This document shows positions 38,713-48,455 of a stretch of 64,000 nucleotides of DNA, piece by piece. Source of the DNA: Escherichia phage sutha. The position numbers and the translations under genes are program-made. Under the pieces are notes generated by a model. That model was not told the DNA's origin. It ran no database searches and worked only from the letters and a program-made list of their open reading frames with translations. The stretch is from the sequence record PV245934.1. One strand, 5' to 3'. Positions within the stretch are counted from its first letter, which is position 1; every line of letters starts with the position of its first letter.

Positions 38713-39913
38713 ATTTTGTAATAATGTCAAACTGTTCTTTAAAGCAGAAGCTTGAATCTTGGTGCTGATACAAAAATTCATAAGCTTTTTCGCGTTCACG
38801 GTCATAAAGAGCTCGGTCAGATGACAGTTCTTTAATACGCTCAAATGTTGATTCCATGCCATTTTCATCAAACCAAACGATACCGCTATCATGTGAAATT
38901 AACGGAGTATTATCAACACGGAATTTTAAATTTTCACCAGTAGATTTCCAAAATACTGGAATTGTTCCGCATGCACCAAGCTCGAGATGAGTATATTCTA
39001 AAGAACGTTGTAGATATTTTTTGTCCAACTTACTCAGCTGATAACCAAATCCGGATTTACGCATACGTTCAAGCATTTCGCTATTTACATAACGGTCAAG
39101 AATTTGCGTTGGCAAATTAGGAGCAATTTTAATTTGGTCTACTTGATGAAGACGATAATACTCGTATGGAATTCCTTTTTCTTTAATAGGAATGAACGCT
39201 GGAGAACGTTCCAGACCTTCCATAATAGTACTTAGTCCTGCAGGTTTAAGATGTTTTTCATGAAAATCAAACATCTGATAAAAGCCTTTCCATGTAGTAG
39301 TACGACCAATCCAACGGTTGATATTCATGTTAATTTCAGAAACATCTTTCCAGTAGGTTGATCGAACTTTCGCAATATCCATAGGAGGCTGAAAGTTATA
39401 TACGGTCGGTGCTTCTTCAATATCATCAAACAGAGAAACAGTTTCCGGATACCATTCTTTCATCAAAACTTTATTAAAGTCACCATTATCAGAATGACTA
39501 AAAATAACATCAGCTCGACGAACAGTTTCTTCTAATCCCAAATTTCGGCGCAAAGAAAGAGAAGAATGGTCATGTTGATAAACTACAACACGAACCGAAG
39601 GTTTAATGTTATCAATAATTTTTTTATAGTTATTAATTGTGTCTTCTTCAACTGAAGTAGCAGGAACTGAATTGATAATTAGAATATCACAATCATTTAC
39701 CAGCTTAAGGGTTTTATCGTATTCTTTTGCCAATAAAACCGGAATTGAAAATGATTTATAATCATGTGCGCAATTACGAGTAAATGATTTATCTTTAGCA
39801 TAAACCAAAGTTACTTCATGACCATTTTTAATAAACCAATCACGCTGCTCAAGAGAAAATTTAGTTACACCGCAACCTTCAAGACCTCGAGCCATAAAAA
39901 TACATACTTTCAT
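38711..39913 (-). CDS. a-gt: DNA alpha-glucosyltransferase
   Basis: 400-aa ORF MKVCIFMARGLEGCGVTKFSLEQRDWFIKNGHEVTLVYAKDKSF...; size equals T4 alpha-gt. Confidence 0.85.
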   Translation of the reverse strand: MKVCIFMARGLEGCGVTKFSLEQRDWFIKNGHEVTLVYAKDKSFTRNCAHDYKSFSIPVLLAKEYDKTLKLVNDCDILIINSVPATSVEEDTINNYKKIIDNIKPSVRVVVYQHDHSSLSLRRNLGLEETVRRADVIFSHSDNGDFNKVLMKEWYPETVSLFDDIEEAPTVYNFQPPMDIAKVRSTYWKDVSEINMNINRWIGRTTTWKGFYQMFDFHEKHLKPAGLSTIMEGLERSPAFIPIKEKGIPYEYYRLHQVDQIKIAPNLPTQILDRYVNSEMLERMRKSGFGYQLSKLDKKYLQRSLEYTHLELGACGTIPVFWKSTGENLKFRVDNTPLISHDSGIVWFDENGMESTFERIKELSSDRALYDREREKAYEFLYQHQDSSFCFKEQFDIITK

Positions 39914-39919
39914 TTAATA

Positions 39920-39962
39920 TCCTCATTGTTTTGGTTTATTTTACCAAAAATTTATAAAGCAA
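39920..39962 (-). promoter_or_regulatory. middle-mode (MotA-dependent) promoter upstream of alpha-gt
   Basis: minus-strand reading attGCTTTAtaaatttttggTAAAATaa: MotA box TGCTTTA about 12 nt before -10. Confidence 0.5.
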
Positions 39963-39965
39963 TAT

Positions 39966-39981
39966 AGGAGCCGAAGCTCCT
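39966..39981 (-). terminator. CUUCGG-type stem-loop upstream of alpha-gt promoter
   Basis: + strand aggagccgaagctcct. Confidence 0.5.
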
Positions 39982-40156
39982 ATCCGCATAATACACCGTA
40001 CAGAGGCTCATTAGAGCTTCTAAATTTAATACGCTTATATGTTATAGTTCCTTCTGCTTTAGCTTTATCATGAGACTCTTTAAAGCGTCTCATCATTTCT
40101 ACTTTAGAGGAACGAATTTTATTATAATCTATTTCAGAAGTCTGGGTGTTCATCTT

Positions 40157-40363
40157 TCACAGTTGCCACCATTTTTTGACTTGATAAGAATCAACCCACA
40201 CTTTCATATTAGGGTCTGCTTTTACAATAGGAGGATTAACTTCTTTAATTGAACTATCATGGTATTCTTTTTCAGAAATTTTCACACAAAGATGACCATT
40301 CAAAGATTCAGTAAATCCTGCATTAATTTTAAGACGCTTGAATTTTACGTGTGTAAGCATCAA
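40157..40363 (-). CDS. hypothetical protein (68 aa)
   Basis: ORF in array. Confidence 0.35.
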   Translation of the reverse strand: MMLTHVKFKRLKINAGFTESLNGHLCVKISEKEYHDSSIKEVNPPIVKADPNMKVWVDSYQVKKWWQL

Positions 40364-40646
40364 TCATATCCTCAATCTGTGATCTAGTAGTCTTCCAAAG
40401 AATACTAATGAGTTCATCGTTATATGGCTGTTTTAGAATATCCCGACTTTTCTTGATAGCATATTCGTATTGAGCAAAATTATTGTTTTCAGCTGCAATC
40501 TGAGCGTGTTTATAAAGACGGTTCAGTTCGCGTTTGTTTTTAGACAATAACTTATTTGCTTTTCTTTCTGCTTCAAGACGGTTCTTTTCTTCAATAGAAG
40601 AAATAAGCTTTTCCACTTCATCATTAATTTCGGGTTTATCAGTCAT
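40329..40646 (-). CDS. hypothetical protein (105 aa)
   Basis: ORF in array. Confidence 0.4.
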   Translation of the reverse strand: MTDKPEINDEVEKLISSIEEKNRLEAERKANKLLSKNKRELNRLYKHAQIAAENNNFAQYEYAIKKSRDILKQPYNDELISILWKTTRSQIEDMIDAYTRKIQAS

Positions 40647-40647
40647 A

Positions 40648-40866
40648 TTATTTCTCTAATATAAAATAAAAATCATCATCTGTTAAATGATACCGATAGT
40701 TTAATTCTACACCATTAGATTTAAAAGCGGTATCATACGGATTTTCTGGATCAATATCAATGTCAAGAGCTAAAACTTCCCTGAGATACATTTTAAGTAA
40801 ATAGGGAATAGCTTCAACTTCAGGTATTTCTTCCAAGAATCCGGAGAGGTTAATCGTTAGCCTCAT
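40648..40866 (-). CDS. hypothetical protein (72 aa)
   Basis: ORF in array. Confidence 0.4.
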
Positions 40867-41413
40867 ATAAAAAATCCAAACTAGGAGAATCGTCTACAAC
40901 ACTTTTCTTTTCAGCCCCCGGTGTTCTATAGGTTGATTCTTCGTAATGCGTCATTTTATCGTAGATGTCTTGAATAAAAGTTTCATCTACTAACGCAACC
41001 ATATCGTCGTCACGACTGTCATAGACATTGTGAACGAAGTAACTATATTTCTTTGCAACTTCCTTACGTTCTTTTTTAATACGTTGGACGAATGCATTAA
41101 AACAAGCTTGAGTTATATATGCATGTGGGTTTTTATATTTCGTTTCATCAAAATTATGAAGTCCCTTAATAGAAGCTTCTATACCATCTGCAATCATTTC
41201 TTGTTTCCAAGACTGGGTGTATCCTGAAAAGTTGAAACGTTTAGATAAGCCTTCTGCAATAAGCATAATGGCTAATCCGATAGTATCATTCTGACGAACT
41301 ACTTTATTTGGGTCTTTATTATTTGCTAATTCTGTTTTCCAATCAATAATAGCTTGTAAAAGCTCTTTATTGTTTACGTAATTATATTTAGGCTTAGTTT
41401 CTGACATTTTCAC
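40850..41413 (-). CDS. 55: late-transcription sigma factor gp55
   Basis: 187-aa [29 protein letters not shown]...; size and position as T4 gp55. Confidence 0.85.
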
Positions 41414-41485
41414 CTCTTAGCTCAATTCATAGATCTATTATATCATAATATTTGAAGATCTATCTTAAAGCATAGAGGATATCAG

Positions 41486-41755
41486 TTATCTAAGTAAACA
41501 GTATGCTTGGAATACTTTCTCCATCATCTTTTTAAATTCATGAATATCTATATAATGACTAGTTAAATCAGCATGATATAAAAAGTCTAAAAACTTTTCA
41601 TGTGTGCTAACATATTCGCTTTCATTTAATTCAGAAACATGACTTTCCCAATATCCAACACCAGTCTTATTTGGGAAAAATGAAATTTTCATATATTGGT
41701 CAACATAGAAAATTCCATAATTTTCAATAGTAATAGAAATATTAATAAATTTCAT
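41486..41755 (-). CDS. hypothetical protein (89 aa)
   Basis: ORF in array. Confidence 0.4.
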   Translation of the reverse strand: MKFINISITIENYGIFYVDQYMKISFFPNKTGVGYWESHVSELNESEYVSTHEKFLDFLYHADLTSHYIDIHEFKKMMEKVFQAYCLLR

Positions 41756-41967
41756 ACATTCATCAACTTAGCCGCTTCAAGAGCTACATCTAACGAATCA
41801 AATTGATCGACATATTCAATCAGTTTGCCGTAATTAGCATATAACCACCATTGGCTAAATTCATACTCAAGGATAAATCCATTTCCTTCAATTTGAGTTA
41901 AACCAATGCCATTTGTATTTACTTCATATCCGGCAAGACGTAAATCGTTAATAAGAGCTTCGTTCAT
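41752..41967 (-). CDS. hypothetical protein (71 aa)
   Basis: ORF in array. Confidence 0.4.
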   Translation of the reverse strand: MNEALINDLRLAGYEVNTNGIGLTQIEGNGFILEYEFSQWWLYANYGKLIEYVDQFDSLDVALEAAKLMNV

Positions 41968-41969
41968 AA

Positions 41970-42296
41970 TTATGCCTTAGTAATTTTCAGGTCAGCAAAT
42001 TTTTTCTTGCGTTGATTTTTCATACGACGAATAGTTTTATCGGAAATTTCATGCTTTTGATAAGCTTTAGATTCTACGCCAAAAGCTTTAACATCAAATT
42101 CTGACAAGATATATTGAACCAACAATTCACGGACAGTGTTGCGTCCAATCTTCTGATCATTCTGTTTCATCATTTGATGAAGCTCTTTTTCCCATTTATC
42201 CAAAATTTGAGGAGTTACAATATCGCCTTTTTCTAGCAAAGAAACTACTTTATCATATGCGTAAGAATTAATGACGTTTTTAATTTGAATAGTCAT
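41970..42296 (-). CDS. hypothetical protein (108 aa)
   Basis: ORF in array. Confidence 0.4.
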   Translation of the reverse strand: MTIQIKNVINSYAYDKVVSLLEKGDIVTPQILDKWEKELHQMMKQNDQKIGRNTVRELLVQYILSEFDVKAFGVESKAYQKHEISDKTIRRMKNQRKKKFADLKITKA

Positions 42297-42334
42297 ACAT
42301 TATCCTCAATTGCGTTAAAATTTTATTATCCAAA

Positions 42335-42350
42335 AAGGGCCGAAGCCCTT
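42335..42350 (-). terminator. CUUCGG-type stem-loop
   Basis: + strand aagggccgaagccctt. Confidence 0.5.
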
Positions 42351-42549
42351 AGCTAAACTGTTTGGCTCCCTTCCAGCCTTCGTACATCATTGCGGCTGAT
42401 ATTAATATTGCTCCTGCGCATTTTGAATATTTGTGATTCCAAAACCAGTTCAGAAAAACTTCGTCATCAATACCTTGGGCTATCATATTTTCAAAGAACT
42501 GACGACGAGCTTCGGCAATTCGTTGCGATAATTTAGATTCAGGATTCAT
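42349..42549 (-). CDS. hypothetical protein (66 aa)
   Basis: ORF followed by hairpin. Confidence 0.4.
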   Translation of the reverse strand: MNPESKLSQRIAEARRQFFENMIAQGIDDEVFLNWFWNHKYSKCAGAILISAAMMYEGWKGAKQFS

Positions 42550-42765
42550 TTAAATTTTCCAGTTACCGTTTTCATCAATAAATTTAATCCAGTCATTTAC
42601 TGACCACTTGGTCGTATCGCCTTTTGGAGCAACATTTAAAGTGTATAATCCTTGTTTAAAAAGCATGCGTTTGATATTCATATTTTCCTCAGCTATAACG
42701 ATAACACTCGTTTGATTTGCGCTTAGCAACTCGTTGAGAAGTATTGTAATCAAAATCATCGTCAA
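42550..42765 (-). CDS. hypothetical protein (71 aa)
   Basis: ORF in array. Confidence 0.4.
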   Translation of the reverse strand: MTMILITILLNELLSANQTSVIVIAEENMNIKRMLFKQGLYTLNVAPKGDTTKWSVNDWIKFIDENGNWKI

Positions 42766-43028
42766 TGTAAACTGATTTTTTTCAACTTTCTTACTTCACT
42801 ACGTAATTGACGATTTAGCTCATCTTTAACTTCTGAATCAATGCCTTTCATTCTACGCCATTTATCAGAGCGAAAAATGTTTTCAACCATATCTTTATGA
42901 CTTACACCATCAGGAGCTTTACGCTTTCCGAAATAGTCATAATCACGTACTTTTAAATCTTTACGACGATACGTTTTACCCATGGAGTTTAATTTCCTTA
43001 GCAACTGAACTAAATACAGCACGATCAC
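42762..43028 (-). CDS. hypothetical protein (88 aa)
   Basis: ORF in array. Confidence 0.4.
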   Translation of the reverse strand: MIVLYLVQLLRKLNSMGKTYRRKDLKVRDYDYFGKRKAPDGVSHKDMVENIFRSDKWRRMKGIDSEVKDELNRQLRSEVRKLKKISLH

Positions 43029-43158
43029 AAATCATCTGTTTATGTAACTTGAGTATAAGATAATAAACTTCAAAACCGTTTACATAAGTAACACGAACAA
43101 CATTACCATTAATAAAATAATATTGTCCCTTTTTAATCTCTTTATCAACCACAACCAT
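42976..43158 (-). CDS. hypothetical protein (60 aa)
   Basis: ORF with early promoter upstream. Confidence 0.35.
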   Translation of the reverse strand: MVVVDKEIKKGQYYFINGNVVRVTYVNGFEVYYLILKLHKQMICDRAVFSSVAKEIKLHG

Positions 43159-43185
43159 ATCAAATCCTCAAAGGCAATTCATATG

Positions 43186-43219
43186 TTAATAATACCACAG
43201 TTTGAACTTGTTGTAAACA
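43186..43219 (-). promoter_or_regulatory. early promoter
   Basis: minus-strand reading gtttacaacaagttcaaactgtggtattatta. Confidence 0.5.
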
Positions 43220-43298
43220 ACTTTGTGAAATTATTTTAGGGAATGATAAGAAGGGAACGATAGCTTAGAATGGTAATATACAGAATGTGAGAAAGAAA

Positions 43299-43311
43299 GG
43301 CCCAGAGGGCC
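43299..43311 (-). terminator. short GC-rich stem-loop after nrdH
   Basis: + strand ggcccagagggcc. Confidence 0.35.
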
Positions 43312-43315
43312 CGTC

Positions 43316-43639
43316 TTAGTCTTCTATGATATCTCTATCATATCCAAGTGAAATGAGAGTTTCTTTGAAGTGTTTAATGTTCTTTTGTCTAGAATCATTG
43401 ATGAAAATGACTGGATAACGAATGTTAAGAGATGTGAATCCAGCACGTTTAGCAAGAGATACAATCAGTGGACGATCATACTCAATCTTACCATTATTTG
43501 TAAGAACTTTATAGAAAGTAAAAGGAGCATTGAGCTCCTTTAGAAGTTTTGTAACTGATTGACATCCAGGACAACGACCTACTTCATCTGGAATTCCATA
43601 GACTTCAATCTTATTCTTTGAGTTCGAGTTTTGTTCCAC
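43316..43639 (-). CDS. nrdH: NrdH-like glutaredoxin (CPGC redox motif)
   Basis: ORF 43316..43768 contains KIEVYGIPDEVGRCPGCQ; N-terminal 43 codons of track ORF overlap upstream gene; GTG at 43637-43639 with SD AAGGA proposed as start. Confidence 0.5.
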   Translation of the reverse strand: MEQNSNSKNKIEVYGIPDEVGRCPGCQSVTKLLKELNAPFTFYKVLTNNGKIEYDRPLIVSLAKRAGFTSLNIRYPVIFINDSRQKNIKHFKETLISLGYDRDIIED

Positions 43640-43922
43640 GAGAAATAATTCCTTGATAAGCCCAGTATGGCGGGTTAACAGAATCATCGCCAGAATTTTC
43701 TTCAGGAAAATAAACCTGGATAACAAATCCAGATGCATCAAAGGTAAAATAAACCGTAGGTAATTCACCTAACAATTCAGCACGGTTATTAATTTCTTCA
43801 AGTTCTCGTTCTCGTCCAGCCCAAAAACTAGGATTTAGACTACATTCATAGAAATAATAGTCATTACCGAACATATCAAAACCCTTCCAACTCTCTACCA
43901 CATATCGCTCAAAACTAATCAT
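43611..43922 (-). CDS. hypothetical protein (103 aa)
   Basis: ORF in array. Confidence 0.4.
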   Translation of the reverse strand: MISFERYVVESWKGFDMFGNDYYFYECSLNPSFWAGRERELEEINNRAELLGELPTVYFTFDASGFVIQVYFPEENSGDDSVNPPYWAYQGIISRGTKLELKE

Positions 43923-43924
43923 AA

Positions 43925-44140
43925 TTAGGCCTTTTTATCAAGAACAGCATTTAGTTTGTTAGTAATTTTATCCAGACGCTCATTGAACTCGCTAGAAGAT
44001 AAGCCTTTTTCTGGAGAAATTAAGCTAATCACGAAAAATATAGCAATAAAAGGAATAAGGAAAATAGCTCCAACTGCCATAAACAGAAAGAATGTTACAG
44101 TTGTAAGAAAATCAGCTAAACCTTTACGAAATTTATACAT
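43925..44140 (-). CDS. hypothetical small membrane protein
   Basis: 71-aa ORF with hydrophobic segment. Confidence 0.4.
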   Translation of the reverse strand: MYKFRKGLADFLTTVTFFLFMAVGAIFLIPFIAIFFVISLISPEKGLSSSEFNERLDKITNKLNAVLDKKA

Positions 44141-44255
44141 ATTTTACCCTTAATTGATTAACCAAGCATTGATAAGCACTAAACTATACTGTGAATAAAA
44201 TTCTGGACCAAAATGAAAAATCATATCATTTATAGTATCCATAATGTAATTCAAT

Positions 44256-44747
44256 TTAATCATGTTTCCACACCCCATCGGTATTTGACCAAAGTCGCTG
44301 ATTATCTGATCCTCGCCACAGCTTTTTGGTCGGAAGATTTTTCTCATACTTCCCATCAATAATAACATCAACATATTTAAGCATTTCTAGTTGTTTAATA
44401 TCTTCAAACTTATATCCTGTCCACAACCAAATGCTTTTATTGGGATAAAGATTTTTTACTGTTTGAACAATGCAATGAATAACATCTCGGTTATCAGGAT
44501 AGAGAGGGTCTCCTCCAGTTATAGTTAATCCTTCTATATAATCATTATTCAAACATTCAATTAATTGTTCTAGTGTTTCACCAGTGAATGGAACGCCATT
44601 TCTAGCATTCCATGTTGATTTATTATAACACCCTTCACATTTATGCAAACAACCTGTAACGAAAAGAACGACCCTGCATCCAGGACCATTAACAAAGCAG
44701 CAAGGGTATATTCTGTCATAATTCATAATAATATCCAATTTTTCCAA
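44256..44747 (-). CDS. nrdG: anaerobic ribonucleotide reductase activating protein NrdG (radical SAM)
   Basis: 163-aa ORF with Cys cluster CxxxCxxC-like GCLHKCEGC. Confidence 0.8.
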   Translation of the reverse strand: MEKLDIIMNYDRIYPCCFVNGPGCRVVLFVTGCLHKCEGCYNKSTWNARNGVPFTGETLEQLIECLNNDYIEGLTITGGDPLYPDNRDVIHCIVQTVKNLYPNKSIWLWTGYKFEDIKQLEMLKYVDVIIDGKYEKNLPTKKLWRGSDNQRLWSNTDGVWKHD

Positions 44748-45557
44748 GCTTCATCAGTAGAATTACAGCGTTTTAGTATAAGATGTCTAGAAACTTTTAT
44801 GGCATTTGAGCACTTTTTAATTGAATCATATTTAATACCGTCAACTGAAACGGTTTTGCTAGTTGGAGAAATTTTTCCATACATTGGATTTTTTGAACCA
44901 ACTTGAAGTCCTTTTAAAGCTTTTGAAAGCTTTTGTCTAGATTCCAATGACATGGGAGAATTCTTTTTACCTTCAATAATTCGCTTGCGATGAAGTTCGC
45001 GTTCTTCTTCACTCAAAGAATTGTAATATTTTTTAACACCGTTTGATATAGATAATTTATCTTTCTCAGACCGCTCTCCAGCTAATTTACTTCTAACATC
45101 TTTTCGCTTCATAGCTATGCTTACGGCTTTATTTAAATTTGCTTGATGCTCTGGCGTACGTTTATATTTCTTTAAAGCACGTGAAATAGCTATTTTAGTT
45201 TCTTCTGTTCTCTTTTTACCTTTATTTGCTAAACTATTTTTGCGGCGATGTTCAAGTGTCTGTTCATAGGCAGTTCCACCTTTTCCACCAGGTTTAATAT
45301 TATATGTATTTTCTTTTAGACAATACTCTTCGGTTACAAGTTCAGCTTCTTTATCATACATTTGTTTTTCATTATCAAAAACATGTAAAATTTCTTTATT
45401 AAAATTTTTTCTACCATGTTTTAATAAAGCGGCACGAATCAATGTTCCTGACCCCATATAACCGTCATTTATTTATGTTATCGGTGCTATGCGCACCGAT
45501 ATATTCCTTTGAATTAATTATATTTGTTATTTTATAAATTATATAATACCTATGCAT
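44723..45557 (-). pseudogene. GIY-YIG homing endonuclease gene split by frameshift (29-codon catalytic N-terminus + 244-aa body)
   Basis: ATG 45555-45557 opens MHRYYIIYKITNIINSKEYIGAHSTDNINK* (GIY-YIG motif), stop at 45468-45470; body ORF 44723..45457 in +1 frame carries NUMOD-like repeats; A-rich site ataaataaatgacgg. Confidence 0.5.
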
Positions 45558-47367
45558 GTTTTACTCGTTTTACCATTTCTTTCATTTTACCTAAATTCCA
45601 TGGAACAACGCTAGGAGTTCCAAGATATCCGCATGTTCTTCTTATTGTATTCATCTTTTTAGGATCAGTTTCTCCACAAATAGAACAAACAAATCCGTTT
45701 TCAGTAGGAGTCATTTCATGGGTACTTCCACACGTAAAACATTTATCTACTGGCATATTAACACCAAAATAATCTAAATGTTGTGCAGCATAATCCCATA
45801 CAGCCTCAAGACCTTTTAGGTTATTTTTCATATCAGGAAGTTCAACATAAGAAATGTGACCACCTGTCGCAATGAAATGATACGGTGCTTCGCGAGAAAT
45901 CTTTTCAAACGGAGTAATATTTTCTTCTACTGAAACGTGGAAACTATTAGTGTACCAGCCTTTATCGGTAACATCTTTTACACTTCCATATTTTTCGGTA
46001 TCAAGTTTACAGAAGCGATAACACAGGTTTTCAGCAGGAGTAGAATACAAGCTAAAAGCAAATCCGGTTCTTTCAGTCCACTGTTTAAGACGAGCATTCA
46101 TTTTAGTCAAAATTTCTTGCCCAATATCACGACCGACAAGAATATTCAATTCGTGAATACCGATGTATCCCAGGGATACTGAACTTCTACCGTTTTTAAA
46201 TAACTCAATTATATCATCATCGGGTTTAAGACGAACCCCGAATGCACCTTCTTGGTAAAGAATAGGAGCAACAGTAGCTTTAACTCCTTTTAATGAACTA
46301 ATTCTACACATCAATGCTTCAAAACATAAATCCATTCGCTCATTGAACAATTCGGCAAATTTCTGTTCATTGAATTGTGTTCCAATATAAGAATCTAACG
46401 CAATGCGAGGAAGATTCAGTGTTACAACGCCAAGATTATTACGTCCATCAAGAATTTCATTACCAGTCGAATCTTTCCATACGCTCAAGAAACTACGGCA
46501 ACCCATTGGAGAAACAGGAATAGATGAACCTGTGATAGCTTTATTGTTCTTAGCCGAAATGATGTCAGGATACATTCTTTTGCTTGCGCATTCTAAAGCA
46601 AGCTGCTTAATATCATAGTTCGGATCGTCTTTATAAAGATTAACACCTTCTTCAACAAACATAACAAGTTTAGGGAAAATAGGAGTTATCCCATCACGAC
46701 CAAGGCCTTTAATACGATTTTTCAGAATTGCTTTCTGAATCATTCGTTCAGTCCAGTCAGTTCCCGTACCAAATGTAATTGTTACAAAAGGCGTTTGTCC
46801 GTTTGAACTAAAGAGAGTATTTACTTCATATTCATAAGCTTGGAATGCATCGTATACATCTTTTTCTGTTTTAGATTGGGCATAATTCAACGCATCAGCG
46901 ATTTGCCATTTTTCTGCGTCCTCAATATGTTTTGCATAGGTGCGTTTAACATAAGGAGAAAGGACTTTATCTACATTCGCAAAAGTCGTTCCACCGTATT
47001 GATGGGAAGCAACCTGTGCAGTAATTTGTGCCATAATTGCAGTAGCAACACCGATTGATTTAGGAGTTTCAATCTGTGCATTACCGAGCTTAAATCCGTT
47101 CTCAAGCATTCCTTTTAAATCTACTAAACAGCAATTAGTAAATGGAAGAGCAGGGGAATAATCAATATCATGGAAATGAATAATTCCGCTTTCATGCGCT
47201 TTCATAATAAAAGACGGGACCATATTTTTGGCAATGTGTTTAGACACAATACCAGCCATAAGGTCCCGTTGAGTTGGAAAAACACGAGAATCTTTATTAG
47301 CATTCTCGTTTAAAAGGTCTTTATTAGTTTTATGAATCAATCCTTCAATTTCTTTTTCAATTGTCAT
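45550..47367 (-). CDS. nrdD: anaerobic ribonucleoside-triphosphate reductase NrdD (glycyl radical enzyme), uninterrupted
   Basis: 605-aa continuous ORF with C-terminal zinc ribbon CxxC...CxxC and glycyl-radical region; size equals spliced T4 NrdD. Confidence 0.9.
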   Translation of the reverse strand: MTIEKEIEGLIHKTNKDLLNENANKDSRVFPTQRDLMAGIVSKHIAKNMVPSFIMKAHESGIIHFHDIDYSPALPFTNCCLVDLKGMLENGFKLGNAQIETPKSIGVATAIMAQITAQVASHQYGGTTFANVDKVLSPYVKRTYAKHIEDAEKWQIADALNYAQSKTEKDVYDAFQAYEYEVNTLFSSNGQTPFVTITFGTGTDWTERMIQKAILKNRIKGLGRDGITPIFPKLVMFVEEGVNLYKDDPNYDIKQLALECASKRMYPDIISAKNNKAITGSSIPVSPMGCRSFLSVWKDSTGNEILDGRNNLGVVTLNLPRIALDSYIGTQFNEQKFAELFNERMDLCFEALMCRISSLKGVKATVAPILYQEGAFGVRLKPDDDIIELFKNGRSSVSLGYIGIHELNILVGRDIGQEILTKMNARLKQWTERTGFAFSLYSTPAENLCYRFCKLDTEKYGSVKDVTDKGWYTNSFHVSVEENITPFEKISREAPYHFIATGGHISYVELPDMKNNLKGLEAVWDYAAQHLDYFGVNMPVDKCFTCGSTHEMTPTENGFVCSICGETDPKKMNTIRRTCGYLGTPSVVPWNLGKMKEMVKRVKHA

Positions 47368-47837
47368 TTTAAACTCTTTCTAAGCTGCTTCTTAAATGAA
47401 GTTATTAATTGTGTTTTGGTGTCAGATTCATTATATTCAAATCCTCTTTGAAGCATCTCAGCCATCATTTCCTCTTTTCCTAAACGAGAAAATTCCTTTG
47501 ATTTATCTCCAACAAAGTTAGGGTGAATATTATTTTGGGTGTAATCGGATTTTAAATAAGTAAGTAAATTTTCTAACCATTCAAGATAATCAACACCTTG
47601 CCCCTTTAAGCCAGAACGATTAAATTTATGTTTCATTTGACCTTCTGCAGCATTGCAGAGATTACATAGCAACCCACGTACCTTTCCTGCTTTTGGTCCA
47701 TTTAATTCATGGTCATGGTCAAGGTGATTAGCTTGAACATCAGGATTTAGTTCTCGTTGGCAAATTAAGCATTTACCGCTTTGTGCATCATAAAATTTCT
47801 GTTTTTCTTCTTTGTATAATTTGCCAGTCAATAACAT
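47364..47837 (-). CDS. 49: endonuclease VII gp49 (Holliday junction resolvase)
   Basis: 157-aa ORF, zinc-binding CLICQ...HLDHDH...CNLCN; size equals T4 gp49. Confidence 0.85.
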   Translation of the reverse strand: MLLTGKLYKEEKQKFYDAQSGKCLICQRELNPDVQANHLDHDHELNGPKAGKVRGLLCNLCNAAEGQMKHKFNRSGLKGQGVDYLEWLENLLTYLKSDYTQNNIHPNFVGDKSKEFSRLGKEEMMAEMLQRGFEYNESDTKTQLITSFKKQLRKSLK

Positions 47838-47885
47838 AATAAACCCTTACCTTAAATAGATAAGGGTATTTATTATTTTCAAGTA

Positions 47886-48350
47886 TTAAAATGCTCGTTC
47901 AGAAAAAGAAATTTGAGTTTCAAGCCATTCAATATATTCTGCTGCAGCTTGCATCAAATTTCCTTCATAGCCATCGTTATTTTCTTGTGCAGCTAATTTA
48001 GCTAATGCATATGAAATACGTTCACCCTGAAAAGCGGCTTTAGGTTTATGAATAGCTTGATCAACTCGTTCTACAACTTCTTCAATTTCGCCATTTTCTA
48101 CTGATTCAGTATTCCACAAGCACCAATACGTAATTGGCTTATCATAGATGTTAATAATCTTTCCATCAGAAAGTTCAATTTCAATAATTCCAGTATCAGG
48201 TTCTATATCATCTTCACATTCTTTTGCAAGTTCACGAACTTTAAAGACAGTACCTGCACTAAGTTCCGGCCAGTAATTACACAGCCCTTTATCAGCACGA
48301 TTAATTCTAAACCACTTATCTACTGTAATCATGTCCCATCTCCATATCAA
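47886..48350 (-). CDS. hypothetical protein (pin/49.x position)
   Basis: 154-aa ORF. Confidence 0.35.
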   Translation of the reverse strand: MIWRWDMITVDKWFRINRADKGLCNYWPELSAGTVFKVRELAKECEDDIEPDTGIIEIELSDGKIINIYDKPITYWCLWNTESVENGEIEEVVERVDQAIHKPKAAFQGERISYALAKLAAQENNDGYEGNLMQAAAEYIEWLETQISFSERAF

Positions 48351-48455
48351 TTATGTCATTTATTGTAGGTTCATTATATACTGTTTCTTCATCAGTGTAA
48401 ACCGGTTCTTCCGGTTCTGGCTCTACTGTTTCCCATCTAGCCGCCCACCAAGGTT

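Noticed and set aside
38671-38892. 73-aa minus-strand ORF overlapping the alpha-gt 3' end
   Set aside because: Alternative frame inside alpha-gt coding sequence; no independent start signal.
45550-47367. Group I intron in nrdD (as in T4)
   Set aside because: nrdD is a continuous 605-aa ORF with no interruption; no intron-sized insert is present.
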